DNA of 64,000 nt from Trichoplax sp. H2. Lineage: Eukaryota. This document shows positions 41,977 to 55,000 of the stretch, in pieces; positions within the stretch are counted from its first letter, which is position 1, and each line of letters begins with the position of its first letter. The stretch is from the NCBI GenBank assembly GCA_003344405.1, contig NOWV01000031.1, positions 186,001-250,000 on the forward strand, read 5' to 3'. The notes under the pieces were generated by a model, which was not told where the DNA came from, made no database searches, and saw only the letters and a list, made by a program, of their open reading frames with translations. Position numbers and translations under genes: made by a program.

Positions 41977-42250
41977 TTTTCTTTTGCGTTATACAATGAA
42001 CTATCACATAATCTATTACCTTTAACTGTTTATGACGAGCTTAGGGAGTTAAAAAACTAATAAAACTTCTACTATACCAAAACATAGTTGGTTGAATAAG
42101 TAGTGTGTTGGCTAATGATGTGGTTTCTTTTGCGCTATACGATGGACTACCTTTTCATTTGCTAAATTCAGCTGTTTATTTCAATCTCAAATAGTAGCAA
42201 AAAACAATAATATCTTTACTGTACTAAAAATATTGTTGGTTAGATAAGCA
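41977..42250. repeat. Diverged tandem duplication, ~148-bp period
   Basis: tttcttttgcg(t/c)tatac(a/g)atg(a/g)acta and aaaaa..taat..tact(a/g)tac.aaaa..gttggtt..ataag each occur twice. Confidence 0.65.
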
Positions 42251-43234
42251 ATTTGATTACTGCGGATATTCTTTAAAGTTCTGATTTTTTTGTTATAACC
42301 AAAGGTTTAATTTTCACGGTATACTTACGAATATTAAGGTAAACTGAAGAATCCCAGCATACTGAACACGATTATTTTTCTATTAAAGTCATTTTCCTAT
42401 TCATCTTCATTCGTATAAACGTGAACCCATCAGCAGTAGAATTTGAAAATCTTTGCCCTATAGGTTTTAGTTTAATACATTATTTATTTCCTAGATGTAA
42501 TACAGTAATGCTACAAATATCGAAAAGTAGAGATGTTTTAAAGGTTACAAAAGTGAAAAGCTAAATGCTTAACTATATAATTTATTAGTCTTGTCTACAT
42601 GTTAATTATTTTATGCTATTACTCAGTAAACATAAGATACTAAATAGGAGTTTAGCCTCACATGTGAATAGGTTCAACATGTTCTGATCATTTATCTTTC
42701 ATATACATCTATGACAAGACAGTAAAAATTATATAAAATAAAACTACTTTAAAGCACTTGATGATGAGAAATTATTACAGAACCAGTACAGCATTTAGTT
42801 GGCTCTAAATCAACCGATAACAGTAATTAGTTTCTTGATGTTTTTGAATTGTTATAGTATTAGTATTGCTCTAGGATTAATTAGCTGAAGTTACTAATTG
42901 CAACAGTGATATTTGCATCCTTTACTCAAGCATTTCCAATGAATTTATACTAATTAATGAGTTAAAATAAAATATAAAGTAATCAATTAAGATTGGTTTT
43001 AGTCACTTCTTAAACATCCTTAAATTAGCGTAAATTTTGGATATTTGTATGCTCGAATGTTAACTTAATTTGAGATATATATATAGATAATGTTCACATT
43101 TATTATTTTTACCTATGCACTCTGATTTTATTACGCTTTCAAAGCAACGTAGGAACAACGAATTCCTATCATTTCTTGTGAAAAATATATAAATACAATC
43201 ACTTAAACGCCCAACAAACTATCATATTTAATCC

Positions 43235-45680
43235 CTAGTATTGTTGAGAATATTGATCTGAGACAGGCTGATCATCTAGAGCACCAACTAATAATGCACC
43301 CACATTACAAGGCTCACCTATTAAGGAAAGAAGATGCAGAAATTTAGGATCAAGGAAAGAGAATCTAGAATCAGAATATCGAAAATCAGAATTTGTCTAC
43401 GACAATCATCTCATATTACCTGTACCTACCTAATGTCGATATCTCATCTCCTAAAGACTCCAAGATCGGATTTTTACCGTTCATGCTTTGATTACTTCTG
43501 CTACTTGATCTTACTGAATACCAATTGGAAAAGACAAATAGTCAAATTTTAGATATTTCTTCAAAACTAATTGTTGATGCTGATCTAGCAGCACCTTTTT
43601 CAATAAAGGTAATAAGTTCAGAAGTTCCAACATTACTACTGGTAGAAAATAACTAAGTTACCTGTAGAATTTCTACCGCTCTCTGTATGAGAATTGTCCA
43701 CCACTGATATACTACTTGTACCTATAGAATATAAGAACGCATCATGATAGAGGATAAAAGTCAATAAAATGAAAGTTGGATTAAATGAGCGATTTCATGA
43801 CCTCGTTGTTGATGACATGATACTGTATAATTAAATCAGAGACTTTATCTGTATTCATATTGCAAATTCCTCTTAACAATCACTAACTTCATGTAGTTAG
43901 CTAAATAATAAACATCTACCACACATCATACAACACTGAATAACTTTTACTCGAGATATAAACAGAACTAAATACTATTCCATGCAAACAGCGCTTAGTA
44001 AACGCCACAAATTATAAAGTTCCGAATTGATTTTCGCATCAAAATACAAAATGTAATTGAGTACTATATTTATATAAGCACATCTGTAATATTCAATTTT
44101 TAAATTTAATGTCATTGTAGCCTTAAATGCTCTTATAGATGAGAGGAGTGAGAGCTAATAATAATTATTGACTATAATAACTTGCCCACAAAAAAATTAA
44201 AGCCGAACTTAACACAAAGATCTATAGCTTCCAATATTGGTGATAGTAATGTATCAGATTGAAAATGTGTAGTGAGGCTAATGCTAGCGAGAATACATTC
44301 GGAAAATTCAGCGTAAAGATTTGAACGAATCTAAGCATCCATTGAATTCTGAACTATCTTTTATTAATAAATTGTTAAAGTCTATCTAATTCAATTGCCA
44401 TCATATCGATATTAAGTTTATAAGTTACGAAATGATTATAAAAATCTCAGAAATAGCAAAATTCTTACATTTGGACTAATTACCTTCTGTTGAGCTTTGC
44501 TCTTCTCGTACAGATTGATTACGTTGCGTTGGACGTGAATTAACATCACATTGTGCGTCTAAGTAAATAGGTAAACCGAAAAAGATATACAGAGAAACTG
44601 TAACATAATTCATAATGAGTCATATTTATACTTGCAGACGCAGCACGATGACACATTTTCTCTACCAAATTCGTTTTTGATGTAGGGTTTGAGTTAAAAG
44701 CATTTTATCATTGGAAATTATTTTACATTAGTATGCCTATCTCATAAAATATACTGGCTATGGATACTTCAGAATATTGAGTTATATATCAGAATATCTG
44801 TGTTATTCACATATCTCTTATACTATTGTATTAACCTTACTTTAATGTAAAGTACTGTTTGGAGATGGCAAAGTGCATCGAGTGAGAAATCAAACTAATG
44901 GTGAACAGTAAGCGCAAATCGAATCGTACATGGTATCCTTCATTAAAACACCTCATTATAGGATTAGGTTTAATTTCTAAAGCTTTCAAAAAACTTGTAT
45001 CCTAATCTATCATGAAGGTTTGGCAAATGTAAGACTGAGAGATAAATTTATGGTTGATTATACATTCTCAAATTTCAGTAGACTGGAAATTCTCCAATTT
45101 TGACAGTACCTTCAAAGCTTGATTCATCGCTACATTCGGATTCAGAATCCGACTTTTCGGCCCATCGCTCAATATCGGAGGTTTTTGCTACTAGAAAGGT
45201 AATCCGTGTCCATCGTTTGCCAGTGTTTTGCTTGTAATCTTTTAATACAAATTCTTCCTCTGATCCTGGTTTCGTGGTGATTTCATTAAAGTCAGGGTAA
45301 AGTAAAGCGTATTCACAAGAATCGTCAAAATCACTATCTTTGGAAGTAATGTCTTTTAGAGCTCTCTCTAATATCATGTCTTTACTACTTGATGGCAAAA
45401 GTTTCACTTGTCTTGTTTTGCCCTTGATCTTTTTGAATTCATAGTTACTATCAAGAATAGCCTGACCAATATTAATTGTCACCTCTCTCTCTCCTTGCAA
45501 CTTACATCTTTTAGCTTGTATTCCCGATGATGATTGTTCTACAGACTCAATTTCATCGTCTGCATTTAGTATTGAGACTCTTGACAATGACTTATTCCCT
45601 TTTCTACGCAATAGAACTCCACAATTGAAGCAGAAATTATGAAGTTCGCTTACAACGGATCGACAACTAGCACACAACAT
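43235..45680 (-). CDS. Zinc-ribbon plus ubiquitin-like-fold protein with a phase-1 microexon tail (exons 45680-45110, 44661-44632, 44558-44484, 43822-43802, 43721-43662, 43513-43430, 43317-43235)
   Basis: MLCASC..FCFNCG zinc knuckles. The segment YALLYPDFNEITTKPGSEEEFVLKDYKQNTGKRWTRITF resembles the N-terminal domain of invertebrate G2E3-like HECT proteins. Downstream exons are in frame with AG/GT ends; some small exons are uncertain. Confidence 0.65.
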
Positions 45681-48600
45681 GCTTTCGCTACAAGATGCGT
45701 CTAATAACGAATAGAAACTAGCATAAGGGTGCAAGAGGAAATATATAGTAAATTTATGTAATAAGCTATTTAACTTTGCTCCCAATGTTGCTTGATTCCC
45801 GATTAACTTGAGAAATATTTTATTTCCAATGGTTAATTTCATATAATTAATAAGATGGTGGCGCGCTAACAAAATTCACTTTGATCGAAACGCTTGTAAT
45901 TTAAAGAATTAAAAATAGATAGATTGGCAATACTGTAGCCCTGATATTTTTCAGTAATTAAACGATGAATTCCAATAGTATATGATACAATGCTATAGAT
46001 ATGACGGCGATGAGAAATTATGATACGCAAGTACGTCTCGCGTTTATAATTGTGGGGCAATAATTCACTTTACTGGCTAGCATGCAATCATCCCTACCTA
46101 CCTACGGTAGTACCTTATGTTTAAAAGATCATGTGCACAGATTAACTATAAATCACACTTTGCTGTACACCATCGCGTGTTTGTGCCATACTTTATGGTA
46201 CACTGTACACCTTAATGTGGCAGAAATTTTCAAACACAAGACACACTGCACGGGAGCATTTGATTCTAACTAATCCAGTCTGGAGAACAGTAATGATCAT
46301 CTTATCCAAAATAGGGCGGAATAAAAAATGCCTTTACAATATTAGCAAGGGTGTAGGGCGGCATAGAGAAAATCATTGAACTAAATTATTCATTAATTTT
46401 AATTTGGAGATCTCAACTATTGCTCCATTGCCCATCTATTACTAATACTGTACACAAGAATTGGCACCTCCGCCAAAACGATTGATCGGACTGCGTTCCA
46501 TAATTTTGACTTTAAAACTAGAAGACTGTAATGTCCCAATATAAATTAAATCAGAAATTCTTTTCAAAATTAATTAATTAAATTGGCAAAGTTACTCAGT
46601 AGAACAATGTCTCACTTAGAAACTGTGCAATAGTATATCATGCATTGGTCGGAAATAGGTTCTCGTGCCGTATATAGTTGATGGCAATATGTAATCTGAT
46701 CTCTAAGAAAAATTCGTTCAATCTTTGCTACGCTACTTGATCACGATTTCGAGAATTTTGTAACGTAGGAATTAACCTCCAAATAGAAACCATTTTTTAA
46801 ATTCAACAATAAGTTACTAGGGTAACTTGGATGATGAACATTGGTCAAATTACAAAATCATAAAGTCTGGTATGAAGTATCCAATACCATCACCATGCAC
46901 AGTCTTACAGTCTTTTTAGTAGCATGACGACGTTTCCATGCTAAAGCTAAATTACGAACATAGCACATGAACGGTTAGATGATCTATTAAATAGTGCAGA
47001 TTAGAAAAACTTTCTGGGAAACAAGTAGTTTGTAGCTGAATAATTGTGATGAGAACTATTTTCATAGGCGCACGGAACTGCTACAGAAGCCAAGTATCAT
47101 CCAATGAAAGCTTTCAATGCACACTAAATGCAATTGCAGACTGTTTATTATTGAAAACCTTGAATTTGCAGAATAGCGAATCTGCAATCCTCTAATCAGT
47201 AGTACACAAGAAACAATGCTTAGAACTTTTGATTATCGAGTTCTACGATATCGCAATATTAGAATGGCGACTTTATTATTACAAAGAGGCATCACAGATC
47301 GACCGCTTACGAAGAAGCAAACGTTTTTAAATTGAATCTTGGAATAATTTAGTTAATAAATAATCCTTTTTACTAGTTAAATAGGATTAACAAGATACGG
47401 ATTTTGGTATTTGTTGCTAAAGTTTGCATATATCTTAGCGAGTACTTTAACTGTTAGCGTTTGATTTTAGCTTACATTATTTTCACGAAACCTTCCAACT
47501 CATAGTAACCGTAGAACAAATCGCAAGATCAGTCATGAACTAGCTAGAGAAGATAGAAATATCAAACTGTCACACTTGTGAAACTAAAACAATACCGTAC
47601 TAATCTAATATAAGAAAGATTAGCCACGCCATTAAAAATTGTCGGTTAAACTTGTTCCGTCTTGCCAATTAGTAATTGATGATGATGGGAAATTGATAAA
47701 AACAAGATGCTAATCGATATCTACTAGCCTACGTCTGTGGCAAGATGTAAAATTTTTGAACGACAAACACCTATATTCATTCAATATTTTCAACCTGTCA
47801 TATTCTTTTACAGTACTTATTGTTTAGCTGGAAGATGCAAATCAACTAATGCATTAATCAAATGTTATCAAAGACTAGTTGTAGATAGTTTGTCAACCAC
47901 CGACACTGGATCATCTAGGCCTCATGTAATAAATGTAACTTTGACACGTAGAATCTGCATCATCTATTATTACATCAAGAAAAAATTAGAATTAAAGATT
48001 GCTTTGTAGAATGGACCCGTATCAATGTCTCATCGTTTAAGTCAAGAATTCGATTAAGCGCTGTAAGAGGTGGAAATTCGCTAAGGGATTACGGCTCGTC
48101 CATTCTATTTATCTCGAACAAGTAATTTACAAACTACCGAAGGCAATTTACTGAAAGCGCTGATTTGTAATATTAGTTTATTAATGTATATTCTTAACAT
48201 CATAATACAGTATATCCCATACAGGCAATGTTTTAGTGTCACCATATGAATACAGTAATGGATTTCTAGTTCTAGAGGCCATGATGAGGTTAATCTTCCA
48301 AACCCTGTAGAATTTTTCAATCACGATAAATCGTATCAAACTATGTTTAGAGTATCAGGACCAAAGCGTAAAGTTTGGACCTGAGCACTAATTGAGCGTT
48401 TTGGCTGGTAAAATGCTTCGATCTCGACAACTGAACTTGCAACTAAGGAGTGAGTCTCTTCATAATTTCCTTCAGCTATCTTATAATTGAAGATACGGCA
48501 AATCGCAGTAGTAATAATAGTATACAAAAATGCGTTTGTATTGTAGAGAGGTAATAAAGATTGCAATTACAGTAACACCTTTGTCACCGTAAGCTTTTAG

Positions 48601-50716
48601 ATGTTGTAATTTGCTGTAGGGCATTAGTGTTTAATGACGATCGCAAAAACAATGGCGATTAATGAATGCATTAAGCCAACAAGATATAATACTTTTATAA
48701 CATAAACTATTAAATATATCTAGGTGAATCTAGTAGTTCATACCTATTACCCCCTTCAAAATACTTGGTAATTTTGTTTATTGCATGTTTTATTGTGCTT
48801 ACAAGGGGAAATCTCTTTATTCATCGTTTCACAAAAAGTCATAGATTAAGTTCATGGCGAAGGGCTGCCGAAATGCATATGAATCATGTAACAACAATAC
48901 TAAACGGTAAAGCATGTAGCGGCCAATATTGCAAGTTGATCAAAGTAATAGTTAAGCCATTACTTTACTCTAGCAACTCTCATATATTATAGCCATCTTA
49001 CTCTTGTGATCGTTACAAATACTTCACAGCATGAACTCACCTTTATCCCTAACCTTAAAATTTCACAGAATGATTTCCATTACGAATTCACCGGAGATTA
49101 TTTCTCCAAAATTAATTAGTTTAAAAGATACATAAAGCTGCGTCTCATTTTTGACTTTGTAGAGAATAAGCTGTTCATGGCTATTACTTATGATGTAAAT
49201 AATTGAATTGCCTTTGAACTTAATCAATCATTCAAAGCTTATCGACTTCGGCTAGTTGTCATATTATTAGAATGTTTAACAGCCAGTATGAGTTCATTGA
49301 CTTTTCCAATTTAAAATCCGAGAAAAATTCCCTAATAAATTAAACTAAATTAATCCATCATTACGTCTATGGTCTCGCAATTCCTACTATCTCATTCCCA
49401 TTCTTAATCAAACACATTAATATTTTTTAAAACGTTATTTTAACTTTCTTAAATAATTCTTTAGACATAAATACGACGATTGTCTTAAATTTTGTAATGT
49501 TAATTACAGTAGTATTAACGGAAGTTGATGCTGCAATACAGTGTCGAGAAAAGAAAGTATTTTTGGGATAGATATTATTTCTAGTGAACTAATAAGATAA
49601 GTTCATGCCCTTTTCACTTTAGAGAAACTCAATAACTACAAGTCTACGTAATTATCGTATTAGAAAATTGCTAAACCAGCAGCTAGTATTATGCACTTTG
49701 ATACAGCATGAAACATTCACGTACTGTCACGGCATACTTCTACCAATTTCATTAAATTAATACGCTTCTCCATACATAAAATGATTACAGTATATTCGTA
49801 TAGTTTGATATTTTTTCCGTATTGATTAGTATAGTATGGAAATAAAAATGTCAATGTACTAATAACTAAAACATGGAAATGATTTCTCCCTTACATTTTT
49901 TATAATATAGCGATGTTATGATCTGTAATTCTAAATTCTACTGAATATACATATTAAGGCATTTATCTACTACATTATTAAAGATAGCTTAAAATAGAGT
50001 GATCGCGATAAAGTAATTTGTCAGCAATGCTATTTATTTGGTTTATTAGGACTGTCATAATTATTCAGCACGTGATGTACAGAAAAATATAACAGCACAT
50101 TTCATCGACTAATTCAGATAATTGGATTATAATTAAAAATAATTTATACGCAGAGCACAAATTAAATTTACCAACACATATGTAATAGAACTAATCTTAT
50201 TATTGCCTATCAATGCTACATTCATTCAATCAGTTACACTATTTTCCCCTTTAGATTAGCATCGATTGAAATGGTACAAGTAGCTTAGAATCCATTTAAT
50301 TAATGGACATTATTTATGGCATTATGAAACAGCAAGAAATTTATAGCGTATAATTAATTAACTTCAATTTACAGAAATTCTATAACATACCTGTACCGAA
50401 TAACATCTGCTTATATAATTTAGGAGTAATTTATATATTTATATCAATGATATAGATTAAAATATTCAGATCTGTTTTCCTTTCTAGTTTCTATTACCTC
50501 TATTTCAATAGGTACTCTATTTCTAAATTCTTTCTTTACTTCATTATAACAGTTTAGCTTATATATCAACTATAGCTTATAATGATAATGTAGCCGATCA
50601 TACAGCAAATACACAAAGTAACATTAAGTGTTTGTCATGAATGAATGGCTAAATTAAATTTCTAGGCATTTGCAAATAATCGATTTAACGTCTATTCCAA
50701 TAAGGACCAATCGATT

Positions 50717-52024
50717 CTATACGTCTATTGAAATACTAAAATCTTCGCTATTTACTGCCTTACTATCGAGCAGTTTAGAGCGAAAATAGACAGCTCTCTG
50801 TAATATTTTACGGGCTTCTATATATTTTCCTTGCAATATGTGTATTGCGGCAATTTTTTTACAACTAGTAATAACAGATGAGTGATTTTCTGAATATATA
50901 TTTGTTCGCGATTCCATGCTTTTTTTATAAAAATAAATTGCTTGATCATATTGACCTTGATGATAATAAACATTAGCAATATTTTCCTGGGTGATAACAA
51001 CATATAAGCTTATTTCTCCTAAAATTTGTACTTGAATAATTAGACATTTATTGTACATTGATAAAGCTTCTTTATATCTTTGTTGATGGAGGAATATACA
51101 ACCAATATTATTATATGAAGTAGCAACATCTAAATTGTGGTCACCAAGTATCTCTTGTTGAATATTAAGTGATTTCTGATACATTAAAAGAGCGTCTTCA
51201 TACTTACACTGACTGTCATATATCCCACCAATGTTATTGTATGATATAGCTATATCGAGATTACTCTCTTCCAATGTTTGTCGCTGAATAGAAAGAGATT
51301 TCTGATACATAGCCAGTGCTTTATCGAATTGAAATTGTCGATAATAGATACATCCGAAATTGTTATATGAATTAGCAATACTCAAGCTATTATCGCCGAA
51401 AATTTTTCTTTGAATTGTAGCACATTTCTGCAGCATTTCTATAGCATAATCGTATTGGTATTGGTGATAGTAAATCAGTCCAATATTATTGTAAGATATA
51501 GCAACATCTAAATGATCTATTCCTGGTAATTTAAGTCGAATGTGAAGAGATTTTCGATACATGGATAATGCTTCTTCAAATTGAGACATACGAGAGAGAA
51601 CATAACCAATCTCGTGATAAATATTAGCAACTTTCTGTTTTTTTGCTTTTGGTATTAGATCCAAACATTTCCTGTAATCATCTAACGCTTCTTTATACAA
51701 TTCTTTCCTAGTCTTAATAAGTCCTTGATTATAGAAGCATTGAGCGAGACTTGATAAATCTTTCATTTTTTCAGCTATTTTTTGTGATTGATAACAATTT
51801 GCTAAGGCCAATTCAAAACGAAATTCTTCTCTAAAAGTAATGGAAATATCCAGATAAATATGAAATCGAAGTGGATTGTTTCTCCGATTAGTCAAACATT
51901 TAGTTAGATCCAAAGCTTGATTAAAACATTCCCGGGCTTGCTGATAATTTTTCTTGTGATAGGCCCGTTTACCAGCCTTTCGTAAGGTCTGAGCTTGCGA
52001 AAATAGAGTCTGTTGATTACCCAT
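50717..52024 (-). CDS. Intronless TPR-repeat protein (kinesin light chain/NPHP3-type 42-aa repeats), 435 aa
   Basis: Repeats of LD(V/I)AxSYNNIGxIYxxQxxYxxALxMYQKSLxIQ. N-terminus MGNQQT. Confidence 0.95.
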   Translation of the reverse strand: MGNQQTLFSQAQTLRKAGKRAYHKKNYQQARECFNQALDLTKCLTNRRNNPLRFHIYLDISITFREEFRFELALANCYQSQKIAEKMKDLSSLAQCFYNQGLIKTRKELYKEALDDYRKCLDLIPKAKKQKVANIYHEIGYVLSRMSQFEEALSMYRKSLHIRLKLPGIDHLDVAISYNNIGLIYYHQYQYDYAIEMLQKCATIQRKIFGDNSLSIANSYNNFGCIYYRQFQFDKALAMYQKSLSIQRQTLEESNLDIAISYNNIGGIYDSQCKYEDALLMYQKSLNIQQEILGDHNLDVATSYNNIGCIFLHQQRYKEALSMYNKCLIIQVQILGEISLYVVITQENIANVYYHQGQYDQAIYFYKKSMESRTNIYSENHSSVITSCKKIAAIHILQGKYIEARKILQRAVYFRSKLLDSKAVNSEDFSISIDV

Positions 52025-55000
52025 GTCACAAAAACATGTAAAAATTAGCGATATTAGTGTCTTGTACGATTTACAATTTGTGAGTTATAATATACTTCAA
52101 TTTAAAAATCATCTGAATACACCATAAAATCTGAAGAATTTTTACAAAATTTTAAACAAACTGAAATGAAACTGTTCGAAAATTCGAAAAATGCCACTTA
52201 AATCATATCCATATCCAACCATAGGGTCTGAAACCGAGGAAAAGAAGCATTATTTCCTTTCAATTTTTCCTTTGAATTGCAAAGGTGCTCAAAGACTATT
52301 ATACGTATTATTTTTAATTAGCTACTAATTATCTATAAGTGCATATTGAATGGGTTTATCGAACTATTTATTTATCAATTTTAGGACATTTTACAATTAA
52401 TGTTCGACCAATTAATAATTTCAAGTTATTCTATTTAATAATTGATTAATTATATTTTGAGATGCACAGAACATTATAAGTTAATGAAATCATTGCTTAG
52501 TTTTACTCAAGCTCAAATAAAATGTAATGATTACATTACTTTTCTCTCAATTTTTTCTATTTGCTTAAACTATACGCTAAATTTTTATTTTATCATTGGA
52601 TAATTGATATATTTAAATGACTGCAAAGTAACTTAGTATTGTGATTGTAGACTATAAGCCAAGCCTATTATGATGTACAGTAGTGTCGTTTCTACATTTA
52701 TCTTATGATATTTTTAGTAGCCCATAATTATAGACAGTAATTTTAGACTTTGTACTAGAGTACAGATGAATGCATACGGTAAGATTTTAAGTTACTAATA
52801 AGGTTATAGGTAAAAACAGAAATGTAAATCAAGTATTAGGATATGGTTAGTTTATTATACTTTATGTGGTAGCAATAATGTCGACGCAATTACCGTATTC
52901 GTTACCATATTGGATTAATGATGGTCTGCCATAAAATAGTGTTACTAATAATAATTAGATTATGTGTAAAATAGGGCAAAATGCTGCTAAGCTGATTGTA
53001 GCGCTGCGTAGGCTACGAAGAGTATAAAAGCCAGAGACATTAAGTTATCTAATTGTTCTTTCTAGAAGTCTTCAATGTTTGTATTTGACTAGATTAGAGG
53101 TATGTGTCGCTAGTCTTTGTATTAGATCTAATAAAATTCTAATTTTCTGCCAATTTTAATTTTGAGATCGGATTTTTATCACACTAATACGCTTTATTCT
53201 TAATATTAATCGATATGATATTCTTATACGGTGACTGAAGTTAGCTTAGCTACTAGATTTCGAGAACTCAACGCTGAAAATTTTATTATCTCATGTAGGA
53301 TGAATTAATTCATGATTTTTACAGTAGTCTATTTCATTAATCACTAGTGCAAACTCCCGTCGCTTTGCTGACGGTTTACGATAACGTGCTCATTTAACAG
53401 ATAGTATATTACCATTTGTCGTAGACCTGTCAGAGGTTCAATAACTTTATACCTTGTAGGCAAGAATCTGCAGCTACATATTAAATATGGTTCTATCGAA
53501 GCTTTAGGTATAGGATAAATGCTATTAAAATAATATTAGAAATGTTACTTTTGGGAGTCAGACAAAAATGTGATATCAAAACTCCCCAAAATTATAGGGG
53601 TCTATACTTCTATGGTCTTTGCTTACAATTTGCAACAGTGATGAAGATCCGAATAAGCTTAAAAAGATAAGAGCGATAGTACATTAGCAAAAGTATACTC
53701 ACCGACTATTTATGAGTATTTTCGAAGAAGCTACTATGAAATGCTAGAAATAGCAAACAGTTTTTGGCAGTACATTGCAGATAATCTGAAAACATGTGTC
53801 ACAATTTCACTTCTGCGACAAGGTAAAGTACGGTAAAAGTCTATAAGTAGCTACAGACTTTAATGCCCTTTTACTTAACGTTAAACACACATAGCAAAAG
53901 ACTGTAAAGATGAAACTTTTATTAGCAAAGATATATCTACAACTTTTTACCACTACTGAACTCAAATGTTCCGGTTTATATAGGAACCGTCTAATTCGTA
54001 AACAACAACAGTATTATTGTTATACTTTAGTAGGAGAAACATCTCGAAATGAGATGTTCCTAACATAGCTTTTCTATCAGTAAATATTTTGAATCTTTTA
54101 CTCATAATTAATCTTAATCTAAGCTCGTAGGTTATCTAATTCAACTATCATCAACTAGAACTTGAATCATCTTACAGCTATCTATCACTCAATAATAATC
54201 AATATCAAATATGTAATGAACTATTACAAACAACATCCATGTTAAGGCATTACTTATCTTACCTAGCACTACAAGTATGGATATTCTCCATACTAGCTAC
54301 TACTGTACTTATTAAACTATCCTAATAAGTTCGAATTATCTTGATTGTCACTTACTTATGGTAGAATGTAAATTATCGTGGAAATGTCCCACGATAATAC
54401 ATATCGTAATCTGAATATTCTGTATTAGTCATCAGATGTCTATGTTTGTGAATACTGTTGTCTGTATTAGGGAGTCGTAGCTAAAGTTAATGTCTAATTC
54501 AGAGAATGATTCTAAAGTTAATCGTACTAACTATAACTCATGTACTGTTGAGGAAGAGTATATAAACGCAATATATCGTGTAATAAAGTTAATTCTGAAA
54601 CTTAGTGATTAACGTAAAATACGAGGTGTCTAAGTCTTCGTGTAGTCTGCTTGTAGCGCAAAAGTGTTTCTGATAGTGCAGATATCGTTCCTTGATACGT
54701 GCTTCAAGGGATTGATTTATTGATCATACATTACGTTATCTTCTTGCAAAGCTGTTTTGTGACAAAAACTTAATTCGGTTTAACTTCTTATAGATTTTAT
54801 TTCGTATCTTAACATATTGTAAACAAGACTCCTTTATTCGGGTTAGCACTTACGAATTATCAGTCGTGAAAATAACTTGTATATGGATTTATAGTTTAAA
54901 ATAAAATTTTGTTTTGAACTCCTTAGAAATATGAAACTTTCTTTAGGAATTGTTGTTATGAGTGATAAAGTAAATCCTTGCGGTATTACGACGAATTAGC

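Noticed and set aside
45681..45872. N-terminal extension of the 265-aa ORF
   Set aside because: Non-ATG start and intron-like sequence with an acceptor near 45701; the coding signal begins near the zinc ribbon.
46000..49100. Several short ORFs of 60-90 aa
   Set aside because: No recognisable motifs or consistent exon chain.
53540..53825. Exon-like interrupted frames ending in AAG|GTAAAG
   Set aside because: In-frame stops and no identifiable family.
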